From a virus: a DNA stretch of 64,000 nt. The notes under the pieces are model-generated. The model did not search any database and was not told the DNA's origin. It saw nothing but the letters and a program-made list of their open reading frames with translations. The stretch's first letter is position 1. Every line of letters begins with the position of its first letter. The translations under genes were made by a program, and so were the position numbers. The stretch spans positions 8,132 to 72,131 of IMG/VR virus record IMGVR_UViG_3300033145_002388. The stretch is one strand, 5' to 3'. Positions 1 through 9,102 of the stretch are shown one piece after another.

Positions 1-654
1 AAATGTTTTACTTTTACTAATATAGGAAGAAACATGCAACGCAAACAATTAGCTTTAGGCTTAATTGCTTTATCTAAACTTAAGTTAAAGGATGTAAAAA
101 ATCATAAAATGTATATTCATGCTCAACCAGATGAATTCGGAATATCACTTTTTAAAATTGCTAAATCATTAGGATTAAAATATGGGTTTTTAGATGATGA
201 TGGAAATTATGATGTACTATTTCCTGAGTTTGGATTTACAGAACATAAAGGAATTTCTGATAAAGAATTAAATAAAGTTTATAATGAAGCAGATTGTTTT
301 TTTTCAACTACAGTTGGCGAAGGGTGGGGGCTTCCATTACTTGAAGCTGCTGCCTGTAAAAAACTTCTTCTGGTTCCAGAAATAGAACCATTAATAGAAA
401 ATTTAAAAGATCGTGCAATTTTTTATAAGACTAATGGCTGTGTAACTTTTGAAAGTGATTTATCATTAATAAGACCTATTCCAGACATAGATGATTTAAC
501 AAATAAAATGGAATCTATATTGCGTAATTCAAAAAAATATGATAAATTAAAGCAGAATGCTTATGACTGGGCTCAAAGTTTAAGTTGGGAAAAAGTTTTT
601 CAAAATTATTGGCTTAAAATATTTAAAAAAATTTATGACTTATATGGATTATAA
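1..654 (+). CDS. GT-B (GT4-like) glycosyltransferase, 5'-truncated by the window edge
   Basis: Frame is open from base 1 (KCFTFTNIGRNMQRK). Contains the GT4 signature YNEADCFFSTTVGEGWGLPLLEAAAC (E-x7-E). Confidence 0.85.
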   Translation, partial: KCFTFTNIGRNMQRKQLALGLIALSKLKLKDVKNHKMYIHAQPDEFGISLFKIAKSLGLKYGFLDDDGNYDVLFPEFGFTEHKGISDKELNKVYNEADCFFSTTVGEGWGLPLLEAAACKKLLLVPEIEPLIENLKDRAIFYKTNGCVTFESDLSLIRPIPDIDDLTNKMESILRNSKKYDKLKQNAYDWAQSLSWEKVFQNYWLKIFKKIYDLYGL

Positions 655-907
655 AACTACAGATCTTAATCTTGCTACGTCCTTGACAGTAGTTGGAGTT
701 CAAATTAAGGAAGTTACCTATGAAGATTCTCAACGAGTTTGTTTTCATTTTGAATTTACTCAAGAATTAAAAAAATTAGTTAGTGATTTTCGTTTAGACA
801 AATTAATGCTTCCAGCTCAAAGTCTTTTAATTAAATATCGTCAGCTTAAGGCAATAGTTAAGGAAATTAAAAAAGAAGAAATGAATTTTAATCATTCTCG
901 GAAATAA
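635..907 (+). CDS. DUF5659-like small protein
   Basis: YKTTDLNLATSL...RVCFHFE pattern resembles DUF5659 (recognised by eye). Confidence 0.6.
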   Translation: MTYMDYKTTDLNLATSLTVVGVQIKEVTYEDSQRVCFHFEFTQELKKLVSDFRLDKLMLPAQSLLIKYRQLKAIVKEIKKEEMNFNHSRK

Positions 908-914
908 TTTCCGA
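898..914. repeat. 17-bp palindrome, copy 1 (TCGGAAATAATTTCCGA)
   Basis: Perfect 8-1-8 inverted repeat overlapping the stop codon of 635..907; recurs at 13669, 20762, 34208 and 58518. Confidence 0.9.
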
Positions 915-930
915 ATTTTAAAATTAAAAT

Positions 931-3651
931 ATGTTTGAAGAAGAAGATGAAATTTATTTAGAAATATTAAATTCTCCAATAGATTCTGGTCCTAAACCTA
1001 AAGATTTAATTAAGATCAAAGCAAAAGAATTATCAGAAAAATTTGGAACTGTAGATATTATTTTTGTTAGATTTAATCTAAAAGAAGTTGAAGAAAAAGC
1101 TTTAGTAGAATTGAAAAAAAATACTATCTATCCTTTTAATTTAATTGATCATGATAATTATAAAAAGAAAGAAAAACTGTCTTCTTTATGGAATCGACTA
1201 ATTAAAAACTCTAAAGCAAAATATATTTGTCTTTTAAATACTGATGCTTTTGTTACCGAAGGTTGGCTTACAGAAATAATGGAAGCTTTTAATGATGATA
1301 AAGTAGCTGCAGTTGGGCCGTCAGGAGATAAGGTGGGTGGGATTCAACGCACTTTAAGAACACTTCAAGATGCTAATGAGCATAAAAATTCATATGTAGA
1401 ACTTAAAGGAAGAGACAATTTATCGGGTTTTTGTTTTGTTCTTAAGAAAAGTGTGTCTGATGAAATAGGGGGATTTCCAAAAGAAGTACCGTTTTATGGT
1501 GGAGAACATGCTTGGGACATTAAAGCAAAAGAAGCTGGTTATAAATTAATTTGGGCTCAAGGCGCATTTGTTTATCATCTTTCAGAAGCTTCTGCAAAAA
1601 ATGAAGGAATTGATAAAAAATTAAGAGACGAAGCTGCTCAACAATATTTAAAATGGATAGTAAAAAGAATTCCTATTTTAATGGTTACTTATAATCGTTT
1701 AGCATATACTAAACAAAGTCTTAAAACTTTAATTAAATTTTATCCAAAAAATCAAATAATAATTTGGGATAATCATTCTACAGATGGAACAATTAAATGG
1801 TTAAGGGGTCAAGCCAAGATTCATAAAAATTTAAAAGTTTTTTATTCTAAGAAAAATTTTGGCTCTGCCTATGCCACTAATGAATTTATAAAAAAATTTA
1901 AAAATAAAGAGTTTTTTGCAATTCTTAATAATGATACTCTGATTTATAAAGACTGGTTAAAAAATTTAGCTATCATTATGATTAATGATAAAGTAGATAT
2001 TTTATCTCCTATTCATGAAGATCTTATTGGAGAGCAATCTTTTGAAAATAAAAAGAAAAATTTTAGAAAAACAAATAGAATAATTTTTACAGATTATGTT
2101 TCAGGAACTGGATCTTTAATAAGAGGCTGTGTTTTAGAAGGCAAAATTCCAGAATCTGAATTTGGTTTTTGTGATTGGAAACAGTATTTTAGGAATAATC
2201 CTAATATTCTCAGAGGCTATGCATTTAAAGAACGAGTAAAATTATTAGACATGAAAGATAATTACTTGCCAGATTATAAAAAATTTCCATCTTATTATAA
2301 AGCAACTGGAAAAATTGAATCTAAAATGAATAGAACAGTTTCTACTGAAGTTACTTTTAATACAATTAAAGAAGGTTTGAATAAAGATAGGTTTGCTTAT
2401 TTAAGATTTGGAGATGGGGAACTTTTAATGATAGATGATCCAAATTTTAAAGGAACAAAGCGGTGCCAATATAAATCAAATCGTTTAGTAGAAGAACTAA
2501 CAGAATCATTTAAAATTAAAAGTGATAATTATTTAATAGGAAATATGGCTGGAGTAATTAATGAACCGAATATGGAACCGGGACTATTTGCTAGTTTTGA
2601 TACTAATGATTTTTTAAAAAAGATAACTTCAAAATTTCATAAAAATAAAAAGTTTTATAATCCAATAACATTACATTATTATTCAGTATTTAAACAAGAT
2701 GAATTTATTAATCTAGTTAATTTAATTAATACTAAAAAAGTTGGTTTTGTTGGTTCGATTAAAATTGATCAATTAATAGATATTTTTAAAATTGAAGAAT
2801 TTGTAAAAATTCCTCCTACTCAATCATATAATACTTTTGAAACATGGTATCCTAAAGTAGAAGCAATGGCTGAAAAGGTAGATATTATTTTATTTAGCGC
2901 GGGGATGTCAGCTAATGTTGCTCAGAAAAGATTATGGAAAAAAAATATTCCTATTATTACGCTTGATTTAGGAAGTGTTATCGAAGCTTTGATTCTTACT
3001 AGTGCTGATGAACACACTTGGCTAAAAAAAGCCAAATCACAAATAGATCGATTAAGATCTAAATTTAAAAAAACTCCCCTTGTTTCAATTCTAATTCCTA
3101 ATAAGAAAGGAAGAGAAATAACTAGCATTGGTTCAATCAAGGCTCAATCATATAAGAATATAGAATTTGTAGTTTCTGTTGATGGGGGCCATGGAAAGAA
3201 TTGGGCTATTAATCAGAAACAACCTTTGCTTAGTGGAAAATATTTATTTGTTTGCGATGATGATATAATCCTTAACCATGATTGTATTGAAAAGATGGTT
3301 AAAGTTTTAGAACAAAATGAAAATATTTCCTTTGTTTACTGTGATTATATCAGATTAGGTTCTAAATCAGGAATTTTAAAATCTGAGCCTTTTTCAGTTG
3401 AACAATTAAAAAATCATAATTATATTAGTGAAATGTCTTTGGTAAGAATGAAAGATACGGTAATAAGAGATGAATCAATTAAAAAGTATACTGATTGGGA
3501 TTTTTGGAGAACCCTAGTTGATAATGGAAAAATAGGTTATTATATTCCCGAAACATTATTTGCAGCATATTATGGAAAAGATTGTCTTTCTAATATGTCA
3601 AAGGAAGAAACTAAAAAATGGTTTGATATTATACAATTAAAACATAATTAG
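931..3651 (+). CDS. Multidomain glycosyltransferase: GT2 + GT2 + GT-D fold (DUF1792-like) + GT2
   Basis: YICLLNTDAF, IIIWDNHSTDGT...ILNNDT and LFVCDDD mark GT-A domains; central AYLRFGDGELLMI...LDLGS is the GT-D/DUF1792 signature. Confidence 0.8.
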   Translation: MFEEEDEIYLEILNSPIDSGPKPKDLIKIKAKELSEKFGTVDIIFVRFNLKEVEEKALVELKKNTIYPFNLIDHDNYKKKEKLSSLWNRLIKNSKAKYICLLNTDAFVTEGWLTEIMEAFNDDKVAAVGPSGDKVGGIQRTLRTLQDANEHKNSYVELKGRDNLSGFCFVLKKSVSDEIGGFPKEVPFYGGEHAWDIKAKEAGYKLIWAQGAFVYHLSEASAKNEGIDKKLRDEAAQQYLKWIVKRIPILMVTYNRLAYTKQSLKTLIKFYPKNQIIIWDNHSTDGTIKWLRGQAKIHKNLKVFYSKKNFGSAYATNEFIKKFKNKEFFAILNNDTLIYKDWLKNLAIIMINDKVDILSPIHEDLIGEQSFENKKKNFRKTNRIIFTDYVSGTGSLIRGCVLEGKIPESEFGFCDWKQYFRNNPNILRGYAFKERVKLLDMKDNYLPDYKKFPSYYKATGKIESKMNRTVSTEVTFNTIKEGLNKDRFAYLRFGDGELLMIDDPNFKGTKRCQYKSNRLVEELTESFKIKSDNYLIGNMAGVINEPNMEPGLFASFDTNDFLKKITSKFHKNKKFYNPITLHYYSVFKQDEFINLVNLINTKKVGFVGSIKIDQLIDIFKIEEFVKIPPTQSYNTFETWYPKVEAMAEKVDIILFSAGMSANVAQKRLWKKNIPIITLDLGSVIEALILTSADEHTWLKKAKSQIDRLRSKFKKTPLVSILIPNKKGREITSIGSIKAQSYKNIEFVVSVDGGHGKNWAINQKQPLLSGKYLFVCDDDIILNHDCIEKMVKVLEQNENISFVYCDYIRLGSKSGILKSEPFSVEQLKNHNYISEMSLVRMKDTVIRDESIKKYTDWDFWRTLVDNGKIGYYIPETLFAAYYGKDCLSNMSKEETKKWFDIIQLKHN

Positions 3652-3710
3652 AAAAAAAATCCAAATGCTTTAAAATTTTGGAATAAAGTTAAATTATTTA
3701 AATAAATAAA

Positions 3711-4328
3711 ATGGAAGAATTAAAACAAAGTAATCAATTAGAATGGACAGGTGAACGAGTTATTGAAGAAAAAATGCAAGATAAGGATCCAATAGAAAAT
3801 GCTCGTTTAAAAAAAATCCTATATCAACACTTGGCTCGATATCATTTTGCAGCTAGTTATTGTTTTGAAAAATCTATATTAGATGCTGCTTGCGGAAGTG
3901 GTTATGGAACTGAATTGTTAGGAAAACTTTCCTCTAAAATATTAGGAGTGGATAATGATGAAAAAACAATTGAATACGCAGAAAATTATAGAACAAGTAA
4001 AGTTAAATTTGAAGTTTGTGATTTAGAAAAAGATTTTCCCCAAGGAGAATTCGATACCATAATTTCATTTGAAACAATAGAACATTTAAAAGACCCTAAT
4101 TTATTTTTATCAAACGTAGCTAAACATTGTAAAACTTTTATATTTTCTATTCCACTTAATAATAAAAGTCAATTTCATCTTGGAGTATATAATTTAATCG
4201 AGGCTCAAGAACTAATTGGAAAATATTTTAAAAATGTTACTTGGTATAAACAATCAGATATTATTATAGAATCTTTGTCTGAACCTACAGATAAGTGTAG
4301 ATTTTTAATTGGTGTAACTAAAATATAA
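3711..4328 (+). CDS. Class I SAM-dependent methyltransferase
   Basis: WTGER...HLARYHFA...ILDAACGSGYG...FDTIISFETIEH. Confidence 0.9.
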   Translation: MEELKQSNQLEWTGERVIEEKMQDKDPIENARLKKILYQHLARYHFAASYCFEKSILDAACGSGYGTELLGKLSSKILGVDNDEKTIEYAENYRTSKVKFEVCDLEKDFPQGEFDTIISFETIEHLKDPNLFLSNVAKHCKTFIFSIPLNNKSQFHLGVYNLIEAQELIGKYFKNVTWYKQSDIIIESLSEPTDKCRFLIGVTKI

Positions 4329-4867
4329 TGGCATTAAGAAGATTATTGGGTTATTCTCATGGAACCTTTTTGGGTGGAGAGCTTTGTTGTTCTCAGGCTG
4401 AATTAAATTTATGGGAGAAAATTTTAACTAAGTATGATTTTAAAAGAATCTTAAATTTTGGAACATGGAAAGGCGAACATGCTCTATTCCTTTTATTATT
4501 TTGTATTAAGAAAAAAGCTGAATTTTTAACTTATGATAATCTATCTGGTGGAAATTATATTGATTGTCCAGTTAAACAAGTTTTAGATTTTAAAAAGCAT
4601 ACAGTAATTGTAGATATATTTGCAGAGATTGGAAAAGAAAAGCAACCAATTCGAGATAAGATAAAAGAACCAGGCAGAACAATTTTATTTTGTGATGATG
4701 GAAATAAAACTTCAGAATTTCGTTTATTTTCCCCCCATCTTAAAATAAATGATATAGTAGCAATTCATGATTGGAAACAACAAGTAGATCCAGAAGTAGT
4801 AGATACTTCTAATTTTAGAGAGATAGGATCAGTAGACAAAGTCATATTCTTTTTAAAAATAAAATAA
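4328..4867 (+). CDS. Methyltransferase-like protein (CmcI/Methyltransf_24-like)
   Basis: RILNFGTWKGE, ILFCDDGNK and IVAIHDW motifs; translationally coupled to the upstream methyltransferase. Confidence 0.55.
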   Translation: MALRRLLGYSHGTFLGGELCCSQAELNLWEKILTKYDFKRILNFGTWKGEHALFLLLFCIKKKAEFLTYDNLSGGNYIDCPVKQVLDFKKHTVIVDIFAEIGKEKQPIRDKIKEPGRTILFCDDGNKTSEFRLFSPHLKINDIVAIHDWKQQVDPEVVDTSNFREIGSVDKVIFFLKIK

Positions 4868-4875
4868 CTTAAATT

Positions 4876-5130
4876 ATGAAATTTACTTTAGAAGAAAAAA
4901 ATCAAATTAAATTAGAACTTTTAAAAGCTTTCTGGAAAGAAGTAAATGCTATACATATCCGTAATAAAGTTGAGTTTAGACAATTAAGTCAGGATTCAAT
5001 GGTAATTTCAGATTCTGAAGCTCTTAAAGGCTTAGTAGAAAGAAAATCTAGAGCAAGAATCGCAAAAGAAACTACTGCAACGACCTTAAAATTAATCGAA
5101 GACGAAATCGAAAATTTATTTAAAGTCTAA
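4876..5130 (+). CDS. Hypothetical coiled-coil protein
   Basis: ORF in operon position, ending just before a terminator. Confidence 0.6.
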   Translation: MKFTLEEKNQIKLELLKAFWKEVNAIHIRNKVEFRQLSQDSMVISDSEALKGLVERKSRARIAKETTATTLKLIEDEIENLFKV

Positions 5131-5154
5131 AGTAGCGAAAGCTACGTCGCCATT

Positions 5155-5189
5155 AGAACCATCCCCCTCCAGATGGTTCTTTTGGTTTT
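5155..5189 (+). terminator. Intrinsic terminator
   Basis: Stem AGAACCATC (5155-5163) / GATGGTTCT (5172-5180) followed by TTTGGTTTT; preceded by a GTAGC-GAAA-GCTAC hairpin at 5132-5145. Confidence 0.75.
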
Positions 5190-5229
5190 CCCCCTTCTTC
5201 TAACTAATAGGATTAGTATAAGATTAATT

Positions 5230-5321
5230 AATTACTCTGGTAGGGGGGTGAGCAAAAACTGACAATTACTGGCAGGGGCGAGTAATTACTGGTAATTATT
5301 GATAATTACTGGCAGGGGCGA
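5230..5321. repeat. Phased direct repeats AATTACTGGCAGGGGCGA
   Basis: Exact 18-mer at 5264-5281 and 5304-5321, partial AATTACTGG at 5284, AATTATTG at 5294 and a variant at 5230; offsets from 5264 to 5304 are multiples of 10 bp. Confidence 0.8.
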
Positions 5322-5525
5322 ATACTCTATCAATTATTTATATATAGGGGTCTGGGGGGGAATTTATTTTGAGAAAGTAGAATATTAATATATATATTAC
5401 AGGGCCCGGCCTCTACGGATTATCTTGCCATCTGCTCCATTCCATTCCGCAGATTGGCTCGCTATCCTTTAAAGAACTATGGTGATACACATAAAGTTGA
5501 ATTTAATTTATTTAACTTTAATCTT

Positions 5526-5717
5526 ATGACATTCTTTATTTTTCTCGACCGTAAATATATCGGCAAGAGTAGGACTTGGGAGGAAGCGGAAATGAACGTT
5601 AGGTTTAGTATCTATGCAAAGTTTTTGAACGGTACATACAAAGGAACTATTCCCAAGTCAAAAGAAGAATTTAATAGCTTTTTCAGAAATAAGGGCTATG
5701 AAATTTTTTGCTATTAA
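5526..5717 (+). CDS. Hypothetical early protein
   Basis: ATG at 5526 after an AT-rich leader; preferred over the track's TTG start at 5454. Confidence 0.55.
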   Translation: MTFFIFLDRKYIGKSRTWEEAEMNVRFSIYAKFLNGTYKGTIPKSKEEFNSFFRNKGYEIFCY

Positions 5718-5736
5718 TTTGTTTAAATAATTGCTT

Positions 5737-5958
5737 ATGAAGCTAGAGTTTATGCCTGAACCGCTTAAAGATGCTCCTCTTCAAGCGGTGGGTAAGATCA
5801 AGGTTAGAGACAATTATGACTCTGACAAGCCTATTTTATTAGGTGAGGGGAACCTGCCCCAAGGATTAGTCACCTTGGAAGGCGGGGAAAAGTTTCAAGT
5901 TTTTATCCTATCAGATAAAATTATCTTGGAGCTTTATGATAATAAAAAAAGTTTATGA
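5737..5958 (+). CDS. Hypothetical protein
   Basis: ORF overlapping the next gene by ATGA-type coupling region; ATG at 5737. Confidence 0.55.
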   Translation: MKLEFMPEPLKDAPLQAVGKIKVRDNYDSDKPILLGEGNLPQGLVTLEGGEKFQVFILSDKIILELYDNKKSL

Positions 5959-6218
5959 AGTTAAATTTTAGTTCTTCAAAAAAAGATTCTTGGGTTAGAG
6001 TTGGTTCAGGTTGGGACCATAGAATGGACGGTAAAGCAATTGCACAGGATGGAATTAGTATTACTATCGGGAATGGTTTAGAAGCGGACAAGAAAACTCC
6101 TAAAAAATGTGAGCTTATTTTAAAGGAAGGTGACAGATTAATGGTATTTAAGAATTCTAATGTCACAGGAAAAGGCCCCACTCATAGATTAATGGTAAAT
6201 ACTGAGTCAAAGAAATAG
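5955..6218 (+). CDS. Hypothetical small beta-rich protein, possibly an ssDNA-binding DUF736-like fold
   Basis: WVRVGSGW...LMVFKN...KGPTHRL pattern; followed by a terminator. Confidence 0.5.
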   Translation: MKLNFSSSKKDSWVRVGSGWDHRMDGKAIAQDGISITIGNGLEADKKTPKKCELILKEGDRLMVFKNSNVTGKGPTHRLMVNTESKK

Positions 6219-6225
6219 ATTTATA

Positions 6226-6275
6226 GGGGGGAAAGCGATAAAGTTTCGTTTTCCTCCCATATTTCTTCTTTTATT
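6226..6275 (+). terminator. Intrinsic terminator
   Basis: GGGGGGAAAGCGA (6226-6238) pairs with TCGTTTTCCTCCC (6246-6258), including two G-U pairs; T-rich tail follows. Confidence 0.7.
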
Positions 6276-6389
6276 TCTATTTAAAAGGATTCCCTTTCAC
6301 TACGTATGAGAACTATTCCGTTCCACTCAAACTTGAAAATAAACTTCTTACGCTAGTCGAACGTAAGTTTTAAGTAATCTTAATACTAT

Positions 6390-6602
6390 ATGCTTATGAA
6401 AAATAAGTTTTGGCCTCTTTTAAATGATAAAGAGGTAGGAAGGCGCGCAGCAATAGAGAATGTACGTGCAGGTTTTGGGCTGCACGATAAGCCCAAGCAT
6501 CTAAAGCATAGAAAGAGTTTGGCTAGATGGTGTTTTGACGGGTTTTATCTGTGTTGTTTGTTGATTCTTTTATTGTTTTTGTTTGTTGCTTTCATGCTAT
6601 GA
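6390..6602 (+). CDS. Small membrane protein
   Basis: C-terminal hydrophobic stretch LCCLLILLLFLFVAFML. Confidence 0.45.
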   Translation: MLMKNKFWPLLNDKEVGRRAAIENVRAGFGLHDKPKHLKHRKSLARWCFDGFYLCCLLILLLFLFVAFML

Positions 6603-6748
6603 TGTGTAGTTTAAGGGTTTTTTGTACCGTCCACGTACATACAAGTAAGTTCTTTCTAATTAATTTATTAATATTATCTCTTTATATGGGATGGTAAAGA
6701 AAAGAGGGGAAAATTACTCTATATAGGAGATAATAAGGGGAAAAATGT

Positions 6749-6964
6749 ATGGAAATTATTATTTTTATTTTGGTACTAATTCTGCTTCGTGTAAGTAGAT
6801 TAACCTACACGAAGTATATGAAGTTAATGTTTTATCGTCTTCTTGACACTGCTAAGATGGAAGCGGGAGAAAAAACTTGTATACGATATCAAGTTAGTCG
6901 GCTTGATACTCGTTTTAAAGATTTAATTAGTTACAAAAAATGGAGAAAATGGAAGAAAAAATAA
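6749..6964 (+). CDS. Hypothetical protein with N-terminal TM segment
   Basis: MEIIIFILVLILL. Confidence 0.5.
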   Translation: MEIIIFILVLILLRVSRLTYTKYMKLMFYRLLDTAKMEAGEKTCIRYQVSRLDTRFKDLISYKKWRKWKKK

Positions 6965-7353
6965 CTCAACAAGAAGTCCAAATTTGGTTAGCAAGTATTG
7001 GTGTAAATACGCCTATGGATAATTGGAATTTAAGTAATCGAGCAATTGTTAAAGCTATTTATGTTGATTATTTGTATGGGAGAAAACAAATTTTTAAGCT
7101 AGAAAATTTAATGGCAGAGGTAAGAGTTAGATTAATAAGAGAAATTGGATTTAGTAGTCTTAAAAATGTGTATTATGACTGGAGAGGTATAGTTTTTGAT
7201 ACGCCTCAGGAGAATCTGAAGCCTCGTTATAGAGAGTTTTGGGATATTTGCGCACATTATGGTGTTTCTGATGAAAAACAGCTGAAAAGGGATGAAAATA
7301 ATCAAATTAATCTTAAAGCTAATGACTATTTCAAAAAAATTAAGAGAACTTAG
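6940..7353 (+). CDS. Hypothetical protein
   Basis: ORF in tight operon packing. Confidence 0.6.
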   Translation: MEKMEEKITQQEVQIWLASIGVNTPMDNWNLSNRAIVKAIYVDYLYGRKQIFKLENLMAEVRVRLIREIGFSSLKNVYYDWRGIVFDTPQENLKPRYREFWDICAHYGVSDEKQLKRDENNQINLKANDYFKKIKRT

Positions 7354-7891
7354 GGACGAGGTTACAGCTTGTAAAATGTGTAAAGCTAGTAAGTATCGAA
7401 TTAAGCCCGTAATGGGACAAGGTTCGCACGCTCCTAGGGTTATTTTTATAGGAGAAAGTCCAAGTCGAGAAGAAAATTTATCAGGTTTTTGTTCGGTACT
7501 TAAAAATCAAGTAAAAGAAACTAATTGTTATCTCTGTTATGCTATTAAATGTTTTATTCCTCAATGCCATAATTTAACAGATGAAGTAGAAAATTGTTCT
7601 GTTTATCTACATTTTCAAATTGAACTGTTAAAACCAGATTTTATAGTTACTTTAGGTATAAATGGTATGAAAGCAATTCTTAAATTATATTCTGATTTAG
7701 AACCTGATTTGGAAAAAGATCATGGGAAAATATTTGATTTGAAATTAGATGGGGGAAAATTTGTTAAGTATATTCCTATGAAAAGGTCTAAGATTAAAAA
7801 AGGGGGGCTAAATTTAATTTATGAAAACAAAAGGATTAGAGAAAAATTTAAAGCCGAAAAAAGGACAACCGACAACAGTAATTACAAATAA
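7322..7891 (+). CDS. Family-4 uracil-DNA glycosylase-like protein, degenerate
   Basis: CKMC...IFIGESPSREE...IKC...C..YL..QIELLKPDFIVTLG present; the PFVG segment and the C-terminal HP motif are absent. Confidence 0.75.
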   Translation: MTISKKLRELRDEVTACKMCKASKYRIKPVMGQGSHAPRVIFIGESPSREENLSGFCSVLKNQVKETNCYLCYAIKCFIPQCHNLTDEVENCSVYLHFQIELLKPDFIVTLGINGMKAILKLYSDLEPDLEKDHGKIFDLKLDGGKFVKYIPMKRSKIKKGGLNLIYENKRIREKFKAEKRTTDNSNYK

Positions 7892-7962
7892 TAAAGGAAA
7901 AAGAATAGAAGCAGATTTTTTGGAGGTTTTACTTAATCTTAATAAATTAACTAAATAAGCAT

Positions 7963-8100
7963 ATGAAAAAAACAATTATTAAAATTATTTCTGGCATATT
8001 AACATTTTATGGAATATATTTACTTATTTCAGGTAATTTAACAAACGGATTATTAGCTATAATAGCTGGTGAAATATCTGATATTCCAAAAAATAAATAA
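7963..8100 (+). CDS. 45-aa two-TM membrane protein (not in ORF track)
   Basis: MKKTIIKIISGILTFYGIYLLISGNLTNGLLAIIAGEISDIPKNK; genome-typical AT-rich leader. Confidence 0.55.
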   Translation: MKKTIIKIISGILTFYGIYLLISGNLTNGLLAIIAGEISDIPKNK

Positions 8101-8113
8101 ATAATTCTAATTT

Positions 8114-8326
8114 ATGAAAATATTTACATTTCATATTGATACTACTGCTTCTGTTGAGGCAAAAAATAAACAAGAAGCAAGAAGTATTATTCAAAATGCT
8201 ATTGAAAATAACAAAGAAGCAGTAAATGACGAAGCAATTATTATTGATGAAATTATTTCTGGATCACAAGTTGGAGAACTTATAAATTGGAAGGCTATCA
8301 TAATTAATTTAACTAAAAATTCATGA
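8114..8326 (+). CDS. Small DpnD/PcfM-like protein
   Basis: VEAKNKQEA motif; paralogue of the next gene. Confidence 0.5.
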   Translation: MKIFTFHIDTTASVEAKNKQEARSIIQNAIENNKEAVNDEAIIIDEIISGSQVGELINWKAIIINLTKNS

Positions 8327-8508
8327 AACAAAAATTAAAAATGTTTACTATTAATTATTATTTTAATGGAAATGGTAAGGTTAATGTTAAAGCAAAAAAT
8401 GAAGAAGAAGCAAGAGAATTATTTTTTGAGGGAAATTTTGAAAATGAAGAAGAATGGGGAGATCAATATCAAATTGACAACATTAAAACAATTAAAGGTC
8501 TAAACTAA
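8323..8508 (+). CDS. Small DpnD/PcfM-like protein
   Basis: VNVKAKNEEEARE motif. Confidence 0.5.
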   Translation: MKQKLKMFTINYYFNGNGKVNVKAKNEEEARELFFEGNFENEEEWGDQYQIDNIKTIKGLN

Positions 8509-8527
8509 TTAGCTTAACTAAAAATTT

Positions 8528-8695
8528 ATGAAATACATAAAAAATTTAAGCACAGGAAAAGATTTTAATGTACAAGACGGTTGGACAAATAAAAAAATTA
8601 TTATAAGAGAAATCCCCTGGTGGTGTTGGAAACCAATAATTTCTAAAAAAATTATTACTTGGGGTTGTTGGCAAATAATTTTACCTCATAAATAA
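8528..8695 (+). CDS. 55-aa hypothetical protein (not in ORF track)
   Basis: TTAACTAAAAATTTATG leader; internal duplication KKIII..WWCW / KKIITWGCW. Confidence 0.45.
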   Translation: MKYIKNLSTGKDFNVQDGWTNKKIIIREIPWWCWKPIISKKIITWGCWQIILPHK

Positions 8696-8703
8696 AGTTA
8701 ATT

Positions 8704-8871
8704 ATGAAAAAAATAAATAAAGTTTTATATCAAACAGGAAGAAAATATGAAAGTAAAAGATACCCAATGATAAGAATTGCAAATAATCATTTATTAGAAG
8801 CAGGATTTAAATATGGAAACTCAATAGAAATTAATTATAAAAAAGATATAATAATTATAAAAAAGTATTAA
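8704..8871 (+). CDS. SymE-like (AbrB-fold) small protein (not in ORF track)
   Basis: MKKINKVLYQTGRKYESKRYPMIRIANNHLLEAGFKYGNSIEINYKKDIIIIKKY matches the SymE pattern P-x-I-x-h-x3-[WH]L-x2-AGF-x2-G-x2-h-x-h. Confidence 0.65.
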   Translation: MKKINKVLYQTGRKYESKRYPMIRIANNHLLEAGFKYGNSIEINYKKDIIIIKKY

Positions 8872-8885
8872 CTAATTTAAAATTT

Positions 8886-9098
8886 ATGAAAAGATTAGCA
8901 ACAATTAAAGAACTTAAAGGGAGAAAAATTTTATATTTATTAGCTATTGGACATTTAAAGCTCTATTTAAAAGAACTTTTAAGGGGAAATTCAAAACATA
9001 AAGGATCAGAGGGAAAAATGTATACTCATTTAGAATTAGCAAAAGCTAATTTTTCTCAATGGATTTTTCCTCCTCATTATAAAGATAGATTAAATTAA
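8886..9098 (+). CDS. Hypothetical protein
   Basis: ORF with AATTTATG leader. Confidence 0.5.
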   Translation: MKRLATIKELKGRKILYLLAIGHLKLYLKELLRGNSKHKGSEGKMYTHLELAKANFSQWIFPPHYKDRLN

Positions 9099-9102
9099 AT
9101 TT

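Noticed and set aside
5230-5321. Possible mini CRISPR array
   Set aside because: Only two exact 18-bp copies, the intervening sequence is itself made of the repeat core, and no cas operon is present.
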